Source: Acidimicrobiia bacterium (GTDB lineage: Bacteria > Actinomycetota > Acidimicrobiia > IMCC26256 > JAMXLJ01). Taken from it: a DNA stretch of 64,000 bases. The stretch covers positions 8,520-72,519 of the forward strand of contig DATBEZ010000027.1 of the NCBI GenBank assembly GCA_036558745.1, written 5' to 3'. Of this stretch, positions 55,451 through 64,000 are shown piece after piece (the stretch's first letter is position 1; every line of letters begins with the position of its first letter). The position numbers and the translations under genes were made by a program. The notes beneath the pieces were generated by a model. That model worked only from the letters and a program-made list of their open reading frames with translations. It was not told where the DNA came from and did not search any database.

Positions 55451-56410
55451 TCAGGCGGCGAGACGGCCGCCGGTGAGGTCGAGATAGACGTCGTCGAGCG
55501 TCGGCGGGCGTGACGACGAGGCGACGACGCGGAAGTCCGACACGTCGAGCGCGTCGAACACGTCGCGAGTGGTGACGCCGCGCAGCGGCAGCGTGAGTGT
55601 GTTGCCGATCGCAAACGCGTGGTCGTTGGTGAGGCTGCGCTCGCGCAGGAACGCGAGCAGCAGGCTTGCAGGCGCGTCGACGGTCAGCTCGACGATCTCG
55701 TCGCCCAGCGCGGTCAGGAGCGACCGGGGACGGTCCAGCGCGACGATCGCGCCGTCGTGCATGATCGCGACGCGGTCGCAGAGGCGCTCGGCCTCGTCGA
55801 GGTAGTGCGTCGTGAGGACGATGGTCATGTCGACCGTCGTGCGCAGCCCCGCGATGACGTCGAGGAGCTCGTGGCGGATGCGCGGGTCGAGCCCGACGGT
55901 CGGCTCGTCGAGGAACAGGACCGACGGCTCCGACAGCAGCGACCGGGCGAGCTCGAGCCGGCGCCGCTGGCCCCCGCTGTAGGTCGCGACCTCCCGGTCG
56001 ACGAGATCGGCGAGCCCGAAACGCGACACGACGTCGTCGACGCGTGCCGCGATCCGATCCGGCGCCAGACCCCACAGCCGGGCGTGGAGCTGAAGGTTGC
56101 GCCGGCCGGTCAGCGACCGGTCGACCACGGCGTCCTGGAACACCACTGCGCTCGCGGCCCGGGCCCCGATCGGGTCGCCGACCACGTCGCACCCGCCGAC
56201 CTGCGCACGGCCGGCCGTGGGCGTGACCGTCGTGGTGAGCATGCCGATCGTCGTCGACTTGCCGGCCCCGTTCGGTCCGAGCAGACCGAACACCTCACCG
56301 CGCGCGACGTCGAAGCTGATGCCCTTCACGGCTTCGACGCCGCCGCGGTACGTCTTGCGCAGCTCGGCGACCTCGATCGCGCTCGCGGCGCCGTTGCGGC
56401 CCGGATCCAT
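55451..56410 (-). CDS. ABC transporter ATP-binding protein (DrrA-like)
   Basis: ATG 56410 after GAGGAG. GLLGPNGAGKSTT (Walker A), YSGGQRRRLELA (signature), VLFLDEPTVGLD (Walker B). Confidence 0.9.
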   Translation of the reverse strand: MDPGRNGAASAIEVAELRKTYRGGVEAVKGISFDVARGEVFGLLGPNGAGKSTTIGMLTTTVTPTAGRAQVGGCDVVGDPIGARAASAVVFQDAVVDRSLTGRRNLQLHARLWGLAPDRIAARVDDVVSRFGLADLVDREVATYSGGQRRRLELARSLLSEPSVLFLDEPTVGLDPRIRHELLDVIAGLRTTVDMTIVLTTHYLDEAERLCDRVAIMHDGAIVALDRPRSLLTALGDEIVELTVDAPASLLLAFLRERSLTNDHAFAIGNTLTLPLRGVTTRDVFDALDVSDFRVVASSSRPPTLDDVYLDLTGGRLAA

Positions 56411-56487
56411 TCGTTCGTCTCCTCGCTCGTCGTGTGCTTCGACGGCAAGGACGATGCGAACGGGCCGTTTGTGACACCCGAACGCGA

Positions 56488-56532
56488 AGATGCGGCACCC
56501 ACCGTCGGATTCCGACGGTGAGTGCCGCATCT
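56488..56532. repeat. 45-nt palindromic repeat, copy 2 (AGATGCGGCACCCACCGTCGG-ATT-CCGACGGTGAGTGCCGCATCT)
   Basis: Differs from copy 1 at 3 positions. Lies between the ABC ATPase start and the stop of the secreted hydrolase gene. Confidence 0.75.
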
Positions 56533-56543
56533 CGCAACTGGAG

Positions 56544-58043
56544 TTAGCGCAGAACGTCGGAACGGGCGCCGACGACCGCGAGGTTGAACGCGTCGACGGG
56601 GCGCAGGAAGCCGGCCCTGGCCGAGTCGATCGTCGCGAGGATCCACGCGAACGCGAACCCGCCGTGGTTGCGGTACCGCGCCGTGAGCTGCTGGTTCGTG
56701 AACGGCACCGTGGTGCCGAAGATGTTGCAGAACTGGGTCCCGCCGGTCTGGCCGAGACCGCTCAGCTTCGCCACCGGCGCGTCGACGGCCGGCGTCCGGA
56801 TGCCGCCCCGCACGATGCCGTCGGGCCCGACCACGAGCTGCGGCGGTGTCGTGTTCGTGGTCTCCATGCGCGGCGACGCGGGCGGGTGCACGCCGCTCGC
56901 GATCCAGCGGTTCACCGCCGCGATGGCGGCGCGCAGCACGAACGTCTGCGGCCCGCTGTTGATCGGCAACCCGCACGTGAACCCGGTCGTGGGCGTGTTC
57001 GTCGGATGCTGCATCGACGCGAACCACGCGGCGACCGACTGCAGATCGCCCATGTCGGTCGCACCGGTTTGCAGTCCGTAGAGGTCGAAGTGCGCGGTTC
57101 CGGTGACCTCCCACGTCGCGATGCGGCGCGTGTCGGGCTGGCGTGCCGCGAGGAAGCCGAGCTCGATCAGGTCGGTCTCGGTCTCGAACTGGAGCACGGG
57201 AACGCGGAGGTCGGTGCGGATGAACGTCGGCGTCGGCGTCCCTACCGTGGCCAGCGGTGCCTGCGACAACGGCGCGCCGGACGCGCCGCGGCTGTGCACG
57301 AGGAAGCCGTCGTAGACGTGCGCACGCGGGTGTACCGCGTCGATGTAGGTCACGAGACGCCCGGCCGACTGCGACTCGCCCACGCCGATCAGCCGCTTCA
57401 GATGGAAGCCACCGAGCACCTTCGCCGTGTTACGGACCGCCTCGCCCGCCTGCGAGAACATGTCGTACGAGTAGCTGTCACCCGGATGGGTCAACGACGC
57501 GTACCGCACGGGGTCGCCGAACGCGGGACTGGCGTTCGCGGGGTTCTTGAGCGCGTTCAACCCGACCGCCTGGGCGGAGACGCCCACCCAGGCGTAGCCG
57601 GCGCGGATCAGCTCGTCGTGCATGTGGATCCAGTCGGGACTGGCGTCGACACCGCCGGTCACGTTCAGCCACTCGACGACGACCGTGCCGTTGAAATCCC
57701 GTCGCCTGATCGGCCGGTCCACGACGATCCGCGTCTTGTACGTCGCGTGCGACGACGGCACGACCGACCACCGGCCGTCGCTCGTGAGCGGCGCGCTCGG
57801 CGCGTACGCCGTGGCCGTCCCGCCGACGAAGAACTCCTGCTGCGTGTAGCCCACGCTCGCGAGCGGGAACGTGGTGTGCGCGAACACGATCGGCACCCCG
57901 TTGCCGCCCGTCACCGGGCCGCTCACCATGGGCGAGGCCGAACCGGCCCGCGAGCTCGGATCGGCGCCGGCGACCGCGGTCCATCCCGCGACCAGCATGA
58001 GCACGCACACGACACTGCACACCACGCGTCGGACCACGACCAT
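56544..58043 (-). CDS. secreted alpha/beta-hydrolase-like protein of unknown specificity
   Basis: ATG 58043 after GGAGGGGG (GTG 58070 also possible). Signal peptide VVCSVVCVLMLVAGWTAVAGA. LIGVGESQSAGRL (GxSxS/G nucleophile-elbow-like). ~500 aa. Confidence 0.7.
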   Translation of the reverse strand: MVVVRRVVCSVVCVLMLVAGWTAVAGADPSSRAGSASPMVSGPVTGGNGVPIVFAHTTFPLASVGYTQQEFFVGGTATAYAPSAPLTSDGRWSVVPSSHATYKTRIVVDRPIRRRDFNGTVVVEWLNVTGGVDASPDWIHMHDELIRAGYAWVGVSAQAVGLNALKNPANASPAFGDPVRYASLTHPGDSYSYDMFSQAGEAVRNTAKVLGGFHLKRLIGVGESQSAGRLVTYIDAVHPRAHVYDGFLVHSRGASGAPLSQAPLATVGTPTPTFIRTDLRVPVLQFETETDLIELGFLAARQPDTRRIATWEVTGTAHFDLYGLQTGATDMGDLQSVAAWFASMQHPTNTPTTGFTCGLPINSGPQTFVLRAAIAAVNRWIASGVHPPASPRMETTNTTPPQLVVGPDGIVRGGIRTPAVDAPVAKLSGLGQTGGTQFCNIFGTTVPFTNQQLTARYRNHGGFAFAWILATIDSARAGFLRPVDAFNLAVVGARSDVLR

Positions 58044-58108
58044 CCCCCTCCGATCGGTGCCGATGTGCACGTCGTCGCATGGTCGTGCGCGAATGGTTCG
58101 TCAGGTCA

Positions 58109-58132
58109 TGGCATGACTGGCATTCCATGCCA
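58109..58132. promoter_or_regulatory. TGGCAT-N3-TGGCAT-N3-ATGCCA repeat cluster in divergent intergenic region
   Basis: Read from the sequence. It is an AT-richer patch between the divergent hydrolase start and the crotonase (58254) start. Confidence 0.3.
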
Positions 58133-58253
58133 ACGACGGCATCGTGCGACGCTACGTTCGGACCGATCCGCTGTCAACCACGCCGTCCTGGCCCGGCAAG
58201 CAAAGCTGACACCCGTGTTAGTTTCGGTCCCCCAGACACTTCGAGGGGGCACC

Positions 58254-59087
58254 GTGGCCGGCGAGTTCGAGACCCTGCTGTACGAGGAGCGCGACGGCGT
58301 CGCCATCGTGACGCTGAACCGCCCCGACGTCCACAACGCGTTCAACAGCGTGATGCAGCAGGAGCTCAAGGCGGTCTGGCGATCGCTGCGCGAGAACGAC
58401 GACGTGCGCGTGGTCGTGCTGACCGGTGCGGGCGAGAAGGCCTTCTGCACGGGCATCGACCGCGACGAGGCGATGGGCGGCTACATCGACCCGGAGCGTC
58501 GCGACAGCGCACCGTTCTCGGGCCGCGTGTCGACGCCGTTCATGTTCAACGACCCTGGCGGCAACATCAACCCGAAGCAGAACGACATGTGGAAGCCGGT
58601 CATCGCCGCGGTGAACGGCATGGCGTGCGGCGGCGCGTTCTACATGCTCGGCGAGGTCGACATCATCATCGCGGCCGAGCACGCGACCTTCTTCGACCCG
58701 CACGTGAGCTACGGCATGGTCGCCGGGTTCGAGTCGATGCACATCCTCCAGAAGCTCCCGCTCGGCGAGGTGCTGCGCGTCGCGCTGCTCGGCGCGAACG
58801 AACGGATGTCGGCCGAGCGGGCCTGCCAGGTCGGGCTCGTGTCCGAGGTCGTCCCCGCGGGTGACCTGCTCGAGCGCGCGCTCTGGGTTGCCGACGCGAT
58901 CGCGTCGGCACCGGTGCTCGCGATCCAGGGCACGGTCCGAGCGGTGTGGATGGCCAACGAGCTGTCGCGCCAGCAGGCCCTCAACCAGGTGTCGATGCTG
59001 GTCTCGCTGGGCACGGCGCACGACAACATCGCGAGCGGACAGAAGGCGTTCGCGTCCGGGCAACGCCGGGAGTACCGCGTCCGCTGA
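58254..59087 (+). CDS. enoyl-CoA hydratase/isomerase family protein
   Basis: GTG 58254 after GAGGGGG. VAIVTLNRPDVHNAF...VVLTGAGEKAFCTGID...AAVNGMACGGAFYMLGEVDIIIAAEHATFFDPHV. Confidence 0.9.
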   Translation: MAGEFETLLYEERDGVAIVTLNRPDVHNAFNSVMQQELKAVWRSLRENDDVRVVVLTGAGEKAFCTGIDRDEAMGGYIDPERRDSAPFSGRVSTPFMFNDPGGNINPKQNDMWKPVIAAVNGMACGGAFYMLGEVDIIIAAEHATFFDPHVSYGMVAGFESMHILQKLPLGEVLRVALLGANERMSAERACQVGLVSEVVPAGDLLERALWVADAIASAPVLAIQGTVRAVWMANELSRQQALNQVSMLVSLGTAHDNIASGQKAFASGQRREYRVR

Positions 59088-59113
59088 CGCGACGCCGGCC
59101 GTCGAGCCTCCGG

Positions 59114-60187
59114 CTACGCCAGCCGTTCTTCGATCAGTCCGACGCTATCGAGGTGTGCGCACGCGGCGGTCGCCCGCTTCGTCGCGCCGAGACCGATGCT
59201 GATCGGCTGCCACTTCGAGCCCATGCCCGCCGTGGACGTCGCCGCGACCCACGAGTAGACGGCGTGCAGCCGGTACTGGTCCCAGGCCTCGCCGGGATCG
59301 AGCGCGACGCCCTCCACCGCCACCAGCTCGCAGTAGCGCTCGACCAGGTCGCGCTCGATCGTCTCGCGAACCGATGCGGGCACGGAGTTGCACAGCACGT
59401 ACGCGACGTCGCGCATGCCCGGAGCACGGCACACGACCGCCCAATCGAGGAAGCCGGTGCGCCCGCCGACGCCGCCCGTATCGTCGCGGACGTCGACGAA
59501 GAGGTTCCCCAGGTGCGAGTCGCCGTGCACGAGCGTGCCTGCGCCCTCCTGCCAGAGCTCAACGATGTCGGGGGCGTGCGCGAGGTAGGTCTCGGTGATG
59601 CGGTGGAACGACTCGTCCAGCTGGTCGCCGATCGCGTCGACGGCGCGCGTGATGAACGTCCGGCCGCCTCCCCCACCACGCATCCCGCGCTCGGCGAGCC
59701 ACGCGAGGTCGCCGTCGGACTCGAAGCGGTCGGACTCCCAGAACGGCGCGTGGAGCGCGGCGAGCTGCTCGACGATGTCACGCGCCCGCATCGCGACGTC
59801 GGCGTCGTCGGGGCTGGGGAACCGGCAGCCGCTCGCCACGAGGTCCTCGAGCACCATGACGTAGCCGCGGCCGTCGGTCTCCGCGAACCACACGCCCGGG
59901 ACGCGCACGCGGACCTCGCGCGCGAGGTCGCGGTAGAAGCGGGCTTCGGCGACACCCATGCCGGTCTGGTCCACGAGCGTTCGCTGCCGCTCGTCGAACG
60001 GCGGCAGCTTCACGAACACGGTCGGAGGCAGCTCCGGGTCACCGCGCAGCGCCACCCGGGCCCGGCCCGTCGTTCCCGAGCTGCGGTCGAGCACCGTCGC
60101 CTCGGTGACGTCGAGACCGAGCGCCTGGGTGAACCAGGGCGCATCCAGCTCGTCGACCTCGACGGGCAGCTTCACGTGGTCGTTCAC
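59114..60187 (-). CDS. phosphotransferase (APH / kinase-like fold) family protein
   Basis: GTG 60187. LVHGDSHLGNLFV (catalytic loop), FLDWAVVCRAPGMRDVAY. 357 aa. Confidence 0.85.
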   Translation of the reverse strand: MNDHVKLPVEVDELDAPWFTQALGLDVTEATVLDRSSGTTGRARVALRGDPELPPTVFVKLPPFDERQRTLVDQTGMGVAEARFYRDLAREVRVRVPGVWFAETDGRGYVMVLEDLVASGCRFPSPDDADVAMRARDIVEQLAALHAPFWESDRFESDGDLAWLAERGMRGGGGGRTFITRAVDAIGDQLDESFHRITETYLAHAPDIVELWQEGAGTLVHGDSHLGNLFVDVRDDTGGVGGRTGFLDWAVVCRAPGMRDVAYVLCNSVPASVRETIERDLVERYCELVAVEGVALDPGEAWDQYRLHAVYSWVAATSTAGMGSKWQPISIGLGATKRATAACAHLDSVGLIEERLA

Positions 60188-60243
60188 GTCGGGTACTTTC
60201 GCAAACCGGGCGTGCGGGTGCGACAGAGCGGGGAGGGCAGGTC

Positions 60244-61449
60244 GTGACCACGACGAACGAGCGGGACCTCTACTACGACCCGTACGACTTCGAGATCGAC
60301 GTCGACCCATATCCGGTCTGGGGTCGGATGCGCGACGAGGCGCCCCTCTACTACAACGAGAAGTACGACTTCTTCGCGTTGAGTCGCTTCGACGACGTCG
60401 AGCGCGGCCTCGTCGACTGGGAGACGTACCGCTCGGGCAAGGGCTCGGTCCTCGAGCTGATCCGCGCCAACATGGAGATCCCGCCGGGCATCATCCTCTG
60501 GGAGGACCCGCCCGTCCACGACGTGCACCGCGGGATCCTCTCGCGGGTCTTCACGCCGAAGCACATGCTCGCGATCGAGTCCCAGGTGCGCGAGTTCTGT
60601 GCGAGGACGCTCGACCCGCTCGTCGGCTCCGGTGGCTTCGACTTCGTCACCGATCTCGGCGCGCCGATGCCGATGCGCGTGATCGGGATGCTGCTCGGCA
60701 TCCCGGAGAGCGAGCAGCAGGCGATCCGCGACCGCCTCGACGAAGGGCTGAAGCTCGACGAGAACGGCGTGCCCAAGCCGCTGCCGCCGGTCGACGCCGA
60801 GTCGGTCGGGGCGATGTTCGCGGGATACATCGACTGGCGGATGGAGCATCCGTCCGACGACCTGATGACCCAGCTGCTCGCCGCGGAATTCGAGGACGAG
60901 ACCGGGCGACATCGCAAGCTGACGCGCGAAGAGGTCCTCACGTACGTGAACCTGCTCGCGGGCGCGGGCAACGAGACGACCACGCGACTCATCGGCTGGA
61001 CCGGCAAGCTCCTCGCCGAGCACCCCGACCAACGGCGAGCGATCGCAGCCGACCGGTCGCTCGTCGCCAACGCGATCGAGGAGATACTCCGCTACGAGGC
61101 GCCGTCTCCGGTGCAGGCCCGCTCCGTCGCCCGCGACGTCGAGCAGTACGGCGAGGTCGTGCGCGAGGGCAGCGTCATGCTGTTGCTCAACGGGGCCGCG
61201 AACCGCGACGACCGCCGCTTCGCCGACGGCGAGCGCTTCGACATCCACCGCGAGATCACGCATCACCTCAGCTTCGGCTACGGCCTGCACTTCTGCCTCG
61301 GGGCCGCGCTGGCGCGACTCGAGGGCCGTGTCGCGCTCGACGAGGTGCTCCAGCGCTTCCCCGACTGGGAGGTGGACTGGGACCACGCGGTCCAGGCCCG
61401 CACCTCCACCGTCCGCGGCTGGGAGCACCTCCCCGTCGTGACGTCGTGA
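60244..61449 (+). CDS. cytochrome P450
   Basis: GTG after GGGAGGG. AGNETT (I-helix), EILRYEAP (ExxR), FGYGLHFCLGAALARLE (Cys-ligand loop). Confidence 0.9.
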   Translation: MTTTNERDLYYDPYDFEIDVDPYPVWGRMRDEAPLYYNEKYDFFALSRFDDVERGLVDWETYRSGKGSVLELIRANMEIPPGIILWEDPPVHDVHRGILSRVFTPKHMLAIESQVREFCARTLDPLVGSGGFDFVTDLGAPMPMRVIGMLLGIPESEQQAIRDRLDEGLKLDENGVPKPLPPVDAESVGAMFAGYIDWRMEHPSDDLMTQLLAAEFEDETGRHRKLTREEVLTYVNLLAGAGNETTTRLIGWTGKLLAEHPDQRRAIAADRSLVANAIEEILRYEAPSPVQARSVARDVEQYGEVVREGSVMLLLNGAANRDDRRFADGERFDIHREITHHLSFGYGLHFCLGAALARLEGRVALDEVLQRFPDWEVDWDHAVQARTSTVRGWEHLPVVTS

Positions 61450-61453
61450 CGGC

Positions 61454-62542
61454 GTGAGCACGATGGGCGAGCAGCTGAACGAGATCGGCTTCTACGTCCT
61501 CGCCGGCGCGCCGAAGTCGCCGGCGGACCTGATCGACGAGGTCGCGGCCGCCGAGTCGCTCGCGCTGGGCAGCGCGTTCATCTCCGAGCGGTTCAACATC
61601 AAGGAGGCGGCGACGCTGTCGGGCGCGGTCGGTGCGGTGTCGCGGACGCTGGGGATCGCGACCGCGGCCACGAACCACAACACGCGCCATCCGATGGTCA
61701 CCGCGTCCTACGCGACCACGATGCACCGGTTGACGAACGGCCGGTTCACGCTCGGGCTCGGCCGCGGCATCGCGCCGCTGTTCGACGCGTACGGCATCCC
61801 CCGCATCACGACCGCGCAGCTCGAGGACTTCGTCGGCATCCTCCGCCGCCTGTTCCGCGGCGAGGTCGTGATGGGCCACGACGGCCCTGCCGGTTCCTAC
61901 CCGGTGCTGCACCTCGACGCGTCGTTCGACGAGGACATCCCGATCGGGTTCGTCGCCTTCGGTCCGAACTCCCTCGCGTTCGCGGGTCGGGCCGTCGACA
62001 TGGTCGTGCTGCACACCTTCTTCACCGACGAGACGACAGAGCGCTGCGTGCGCACCATCAGGGACGCCGCTGAAGGCAGCGGACGCGACCCGGCGTCGGT
62101 GCGGATCTGGTCGTGCTACGCCACGGTGCACGACGGTCTGCCCGAGGCGGTGCGATTGAAGAAGACCGTTGGCCGGCTCGCGACCTACCTCCAGGGTTAC
62201 GGCGACCTGCTCGTCGACACCAACGGCTGGGATCCCGACGTCCTGGCGCGCTTTCGCGCTGATCCCGTCGTCGCGTCGTTTCCCGGCGCGATCGACGCCA
62301 AGGCCGACACGGAGACGCTCGAGCACATCGCGACGCTCGTACCCGACGAGTGGCTCGAGCCCGCGGCGACCGGCTCGCCCGAGCGCTGCGCGCAGCGCGT
62401 GCTGCGCCAGTTCGACCTCGGCGTCGACGGCGTCATCATGCACGGCGCGACGCCCGACGAGCTCGCGCCGGTCGTCGCCGCCTACCGGGCGATCCGGCCG
62501 GGAGAGCGCTTCGAGAAGCTCGACCCGAACCCCGGTCGCTGA
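61454..62542 (+). CDS. LLM-class F420/flavin-dependent oxidoreductase
   Basis: GSAFISERFNIKEAATLSGA...GRFTLGLGRGI...VVLHTFFTDE. 5 nt after the P450 stop. Confidence 0.85.
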   Translation: MSTMGEQLNEIGFYVLAGAPKSPADLIDEVAAAESLALGSAFISERFNIKEAATLSGAVGAVSRTLGIATAATNHNTRHPMVTASYATTMHRLTNGRFTLGLGRGIAPLFDAYGIPRITTAQLEDFVGILRRLFRGEVVMGHDGPAGSYPVLHLDASFDEDIPIGFVAFGPNSLAFAGRAVDMVVLHTFFTDETTERCVRTIRDAAEGSGRDPASVRIWSCYATVHDGLPEAVRLKKTVGRLATYLQGYGDLLVDTNGWDPDVLARFRADPVVASFPGAIDAKADTETLEHIATLVPDEWLEPAATGSPERCAQRVLRQFDLGVDGVIMHGATPDELAPVVAAYRAIRPGERFEKLDPNPGR

Positions 62543-62556
62543 GGGTTCACGCAGCC

Positions 62557-63468
62557 ATGAAGCACGCGGCCGTCTATCCACTGGTCACGCATCCGGTCGA
62601 CCCGATGCTCGTGAGCGGGGATTCGGTGGCCCGCTTCGCCCGCGCCGCGGAGGCGGCCGGGTTCGACGGCATCTCGTTCACCGACCATCCCGCGCCGTCG
62701 CACAAGTGGTTGACGGCCGGCGGTCACGACGCGCTCGACCCCTTCGCGGTGTTGTCGTTCGTTGCCGGCGTGACGACGGATCTGAAGCTGATCCCGCACG
62801 TCCTGGTGCTCCCTTATCGCAACCCGTTCGTCGTGGCCAAGGCCGCGGCGACCGTCGACGCGCTGAGCGGTGGGCGCTTCGTGCTCTCGGTCGCGACCGG
62901 GTACCTGCGCAGCGAGTACCGCGCCCTCGGCGTCGAGTTCGAGCGTCGCAACCAGCTCTTCGACGAGGCGCTCGACGTCCTGCGCGGCGTGTGGAGCACC
63001 GACGAGTTCAGCTACGAGGGGACGGGTTTCGTCGCCGACCGGCTGACCGTCAACCCGAAGCCCGCGCACGTGCCGATCTGGATCGGGGGCAACAGCGCGC
63101 TCACACTGCGTCGCGTCGCGCGCGTCGGCGACGGTTGGAACCCGTTCCCCGCGTCGGCCCAGCTGGCCAAGACGGCGCGCACGCGCCGGCTCGAGACGCT
63201 GGACGAGCTGGCCTCGATGCTCGACGACCTGTGGCGCGAGGTCGAGTCGGCCGGTCGCGACCCGGCCACGATCGACGTGCAGTACAGCACCGGCCTGGCC
63301 GGCCCGGGCAGCCGTTCGTTCTCACCCGCCGCCCAGCTCGACGCGCTCACGAAGCTGGCTGCGCTGGGCGTCACCTGGAACAGCGTCGGCGTTCCCGGGA
63401 TCTCGCTGGACCATGCGATCGAGGCGCTCGAGGCCTACGGAGCCGAGGTCATCGCGAAGGCAGCGTGA
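62557..63468 (+). CDS. LLM-class F420-dependent oxidoreductase
   Basis: ATG 62557. GFDGISFTDHPAPS...LSGGRFVLSVATGYLRSEYRALGV...IWIGGNSALTLRRVARVGDGWNPF. Confidence 0.85.
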   Translation: MKHAAVYPLVTHPVDPMLVSGDSVARFARAAEAAGFDGISFTDHPAPSHKWLTAGGHDALDPFAVLSFVAGVTTDLKLIPHVLVLPYRNPFVVAKAAATVDALSGGRFVLSVATGYLRSEYRALGVEFERRNQLFDEALDVLRGVWSTDEFSYEGTGFVADRLTVNPKPAHVPIWIGGNSALTLRRVARVGDGWNPFPASAQLAKTARTRRLETLDELASMLDDLWREVESAGRDPATIDVQYSTGLAGPGSRSFSPAAQLDALTKLAALGVTWNSVGVPGISLDHAIEALEAYGAEVIAKAA

Positions 63469-63478
63469 CGCGCGGCCG

Positions 63479-64000
63479 TCACGGGTTGAGGCGCAAGGCC
63501 GCGAGCCGCGGATTGCTCCCGGCGCCGACCGGGACGAGCACGAGATCACCGGCGACGGCCGGCCAGCCGTTGATGCCGCCCCCCATGTCGCGCTGCCAGA
63601 CCAGCGCGCCGGTCGCGCGGTCGTAGGCGAAGAGGGTGCCCGTGTAGTTCGACGTCAGCACGAGGTCGTTCACGACCGTCGCCGCGCCGAATGGATCGCC
63701 CGGAACCTTGACGTCCCAGCGCACCTTGCCCGTCGCGGCGTCGATCGCGACGAGCTGGCCGTCACCGTGTCCGAGCTGCGAACCGATGTAGCGGGGCGCG
63801 TCGGGAACGAGCGTCGTCGGCTCGTCGAGCGTTGCGACGTACACCGTTCCGTCCGCGGATGCCGGTGGTGTGATCACACCGCCGAACGTCCCCGGCAGCA
63901 CGTCGGTCGGGCCGGTGAGCGCGTCGAGGTCGTCGTTGCGATGGACACCGACCGGCGTCCGCCACAGCAACGCACCGGTCGTCTGGTCGAGGCCCACCAC
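63479..64000 (-). CDS. PQQ-like beta-propeller repeat protein, C-terminal part (N-terminus outside window)
   Basis: GTVYVATLDE...LVAIDAATGKVRWD...LFAYDRATGALVWQ propeller blades. ORF open at the window edge. Confidence 0.75.
   Translation of the reverse strand: MVGLDQTTGALLWRTPVGVHRNDDLDALTGPTDVLPGTFGGVITPPASADGTVYVATLDEPTTLVPDAPRYIGSQLGHGDGQLVAIDAATGKVRWDVKVPGDPFGAATVVNDLVLTSNYTGTLFAYDRATGALVWQRDMGGGINGWPAVAGDLVLVPVGAGSNPRLAALRLNP

Overview
Very GC-rich (roughly 70% by eye, not computed) chromosomal segment. It looks actinobacterial: it has mycothiol-type DinB and several F420/LLM-type oxidoreductases, many GTG starts with GGAGG-like RBSs, and frequent 4-nt GTGA/ATGA start-stop overlaps. 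I support about 60 protein-coding genes. I found no rRNA, tRNA, CRISPR array, transposase, integrase or prophage genes.

Functional blocks, left to right:
1. Membrane HD-domain pair plus a DUF5317-like protein and an unannotated 35-aa TM peptide (0.6-4.3 kb).
2. Hypothetical protein, GT4 glycosyltransferase and a small membrane protein (4.6-6.7 kb).
3. ADH, AKR and TetR (6.8-9.6 kb).
4. PilZ, atypical OmpR-type regulator and PPK2 operon (9.6-11.6 kb).
5. Mixed housekeeping and accessory genes, including a multiply frameshifted metal-ABC permease remnant, a MocR regulator, a P-loop kinase::LLM fusion, a GGDEF cyclase, a HAD::ParB/Srx fusion, an RNHCP protein, GH15, phospholipase C, MFS and several hydrolases (11.7-36 kb).
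6. MASE1 histidine kinase, NarL regulator and a large LuxR (LAL) regulator (36-41 kb).
7. A long minus-strand acyl-CoA catabolic operon (44.7-52.9 kb): ACAD10/11-like dehydrogenase, APH kinase, crotonase, quinone oxidoreductase, DUF35, SCPx-type thiolase, VOC, then amidohydrolase and TetR. A TetR-SDR pair lies divergent to it.
8. An ABC-2 exporter bracketed by two copies of a ~45-nt palindromic repeat (54.5-56.5 kb).
9. A second crotonase / APH kinase / P450 / 2x LLM cluster (58-63.5 kb).

The points most worth follow-up are the split kinase+ACAD pair (a candidate 4-hydroxyacyl-CoA route), the degenerate HD pair with its small peptide, the PilZ / pseudo-receiver / PPK2 operon, the two domain fusions, and the palindromic repeat family. 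I do not see a clear-cut novel defence or mobile system. All family calls are motif recognition by eye from the supplied translations and need HMM/BLAST confirmation.
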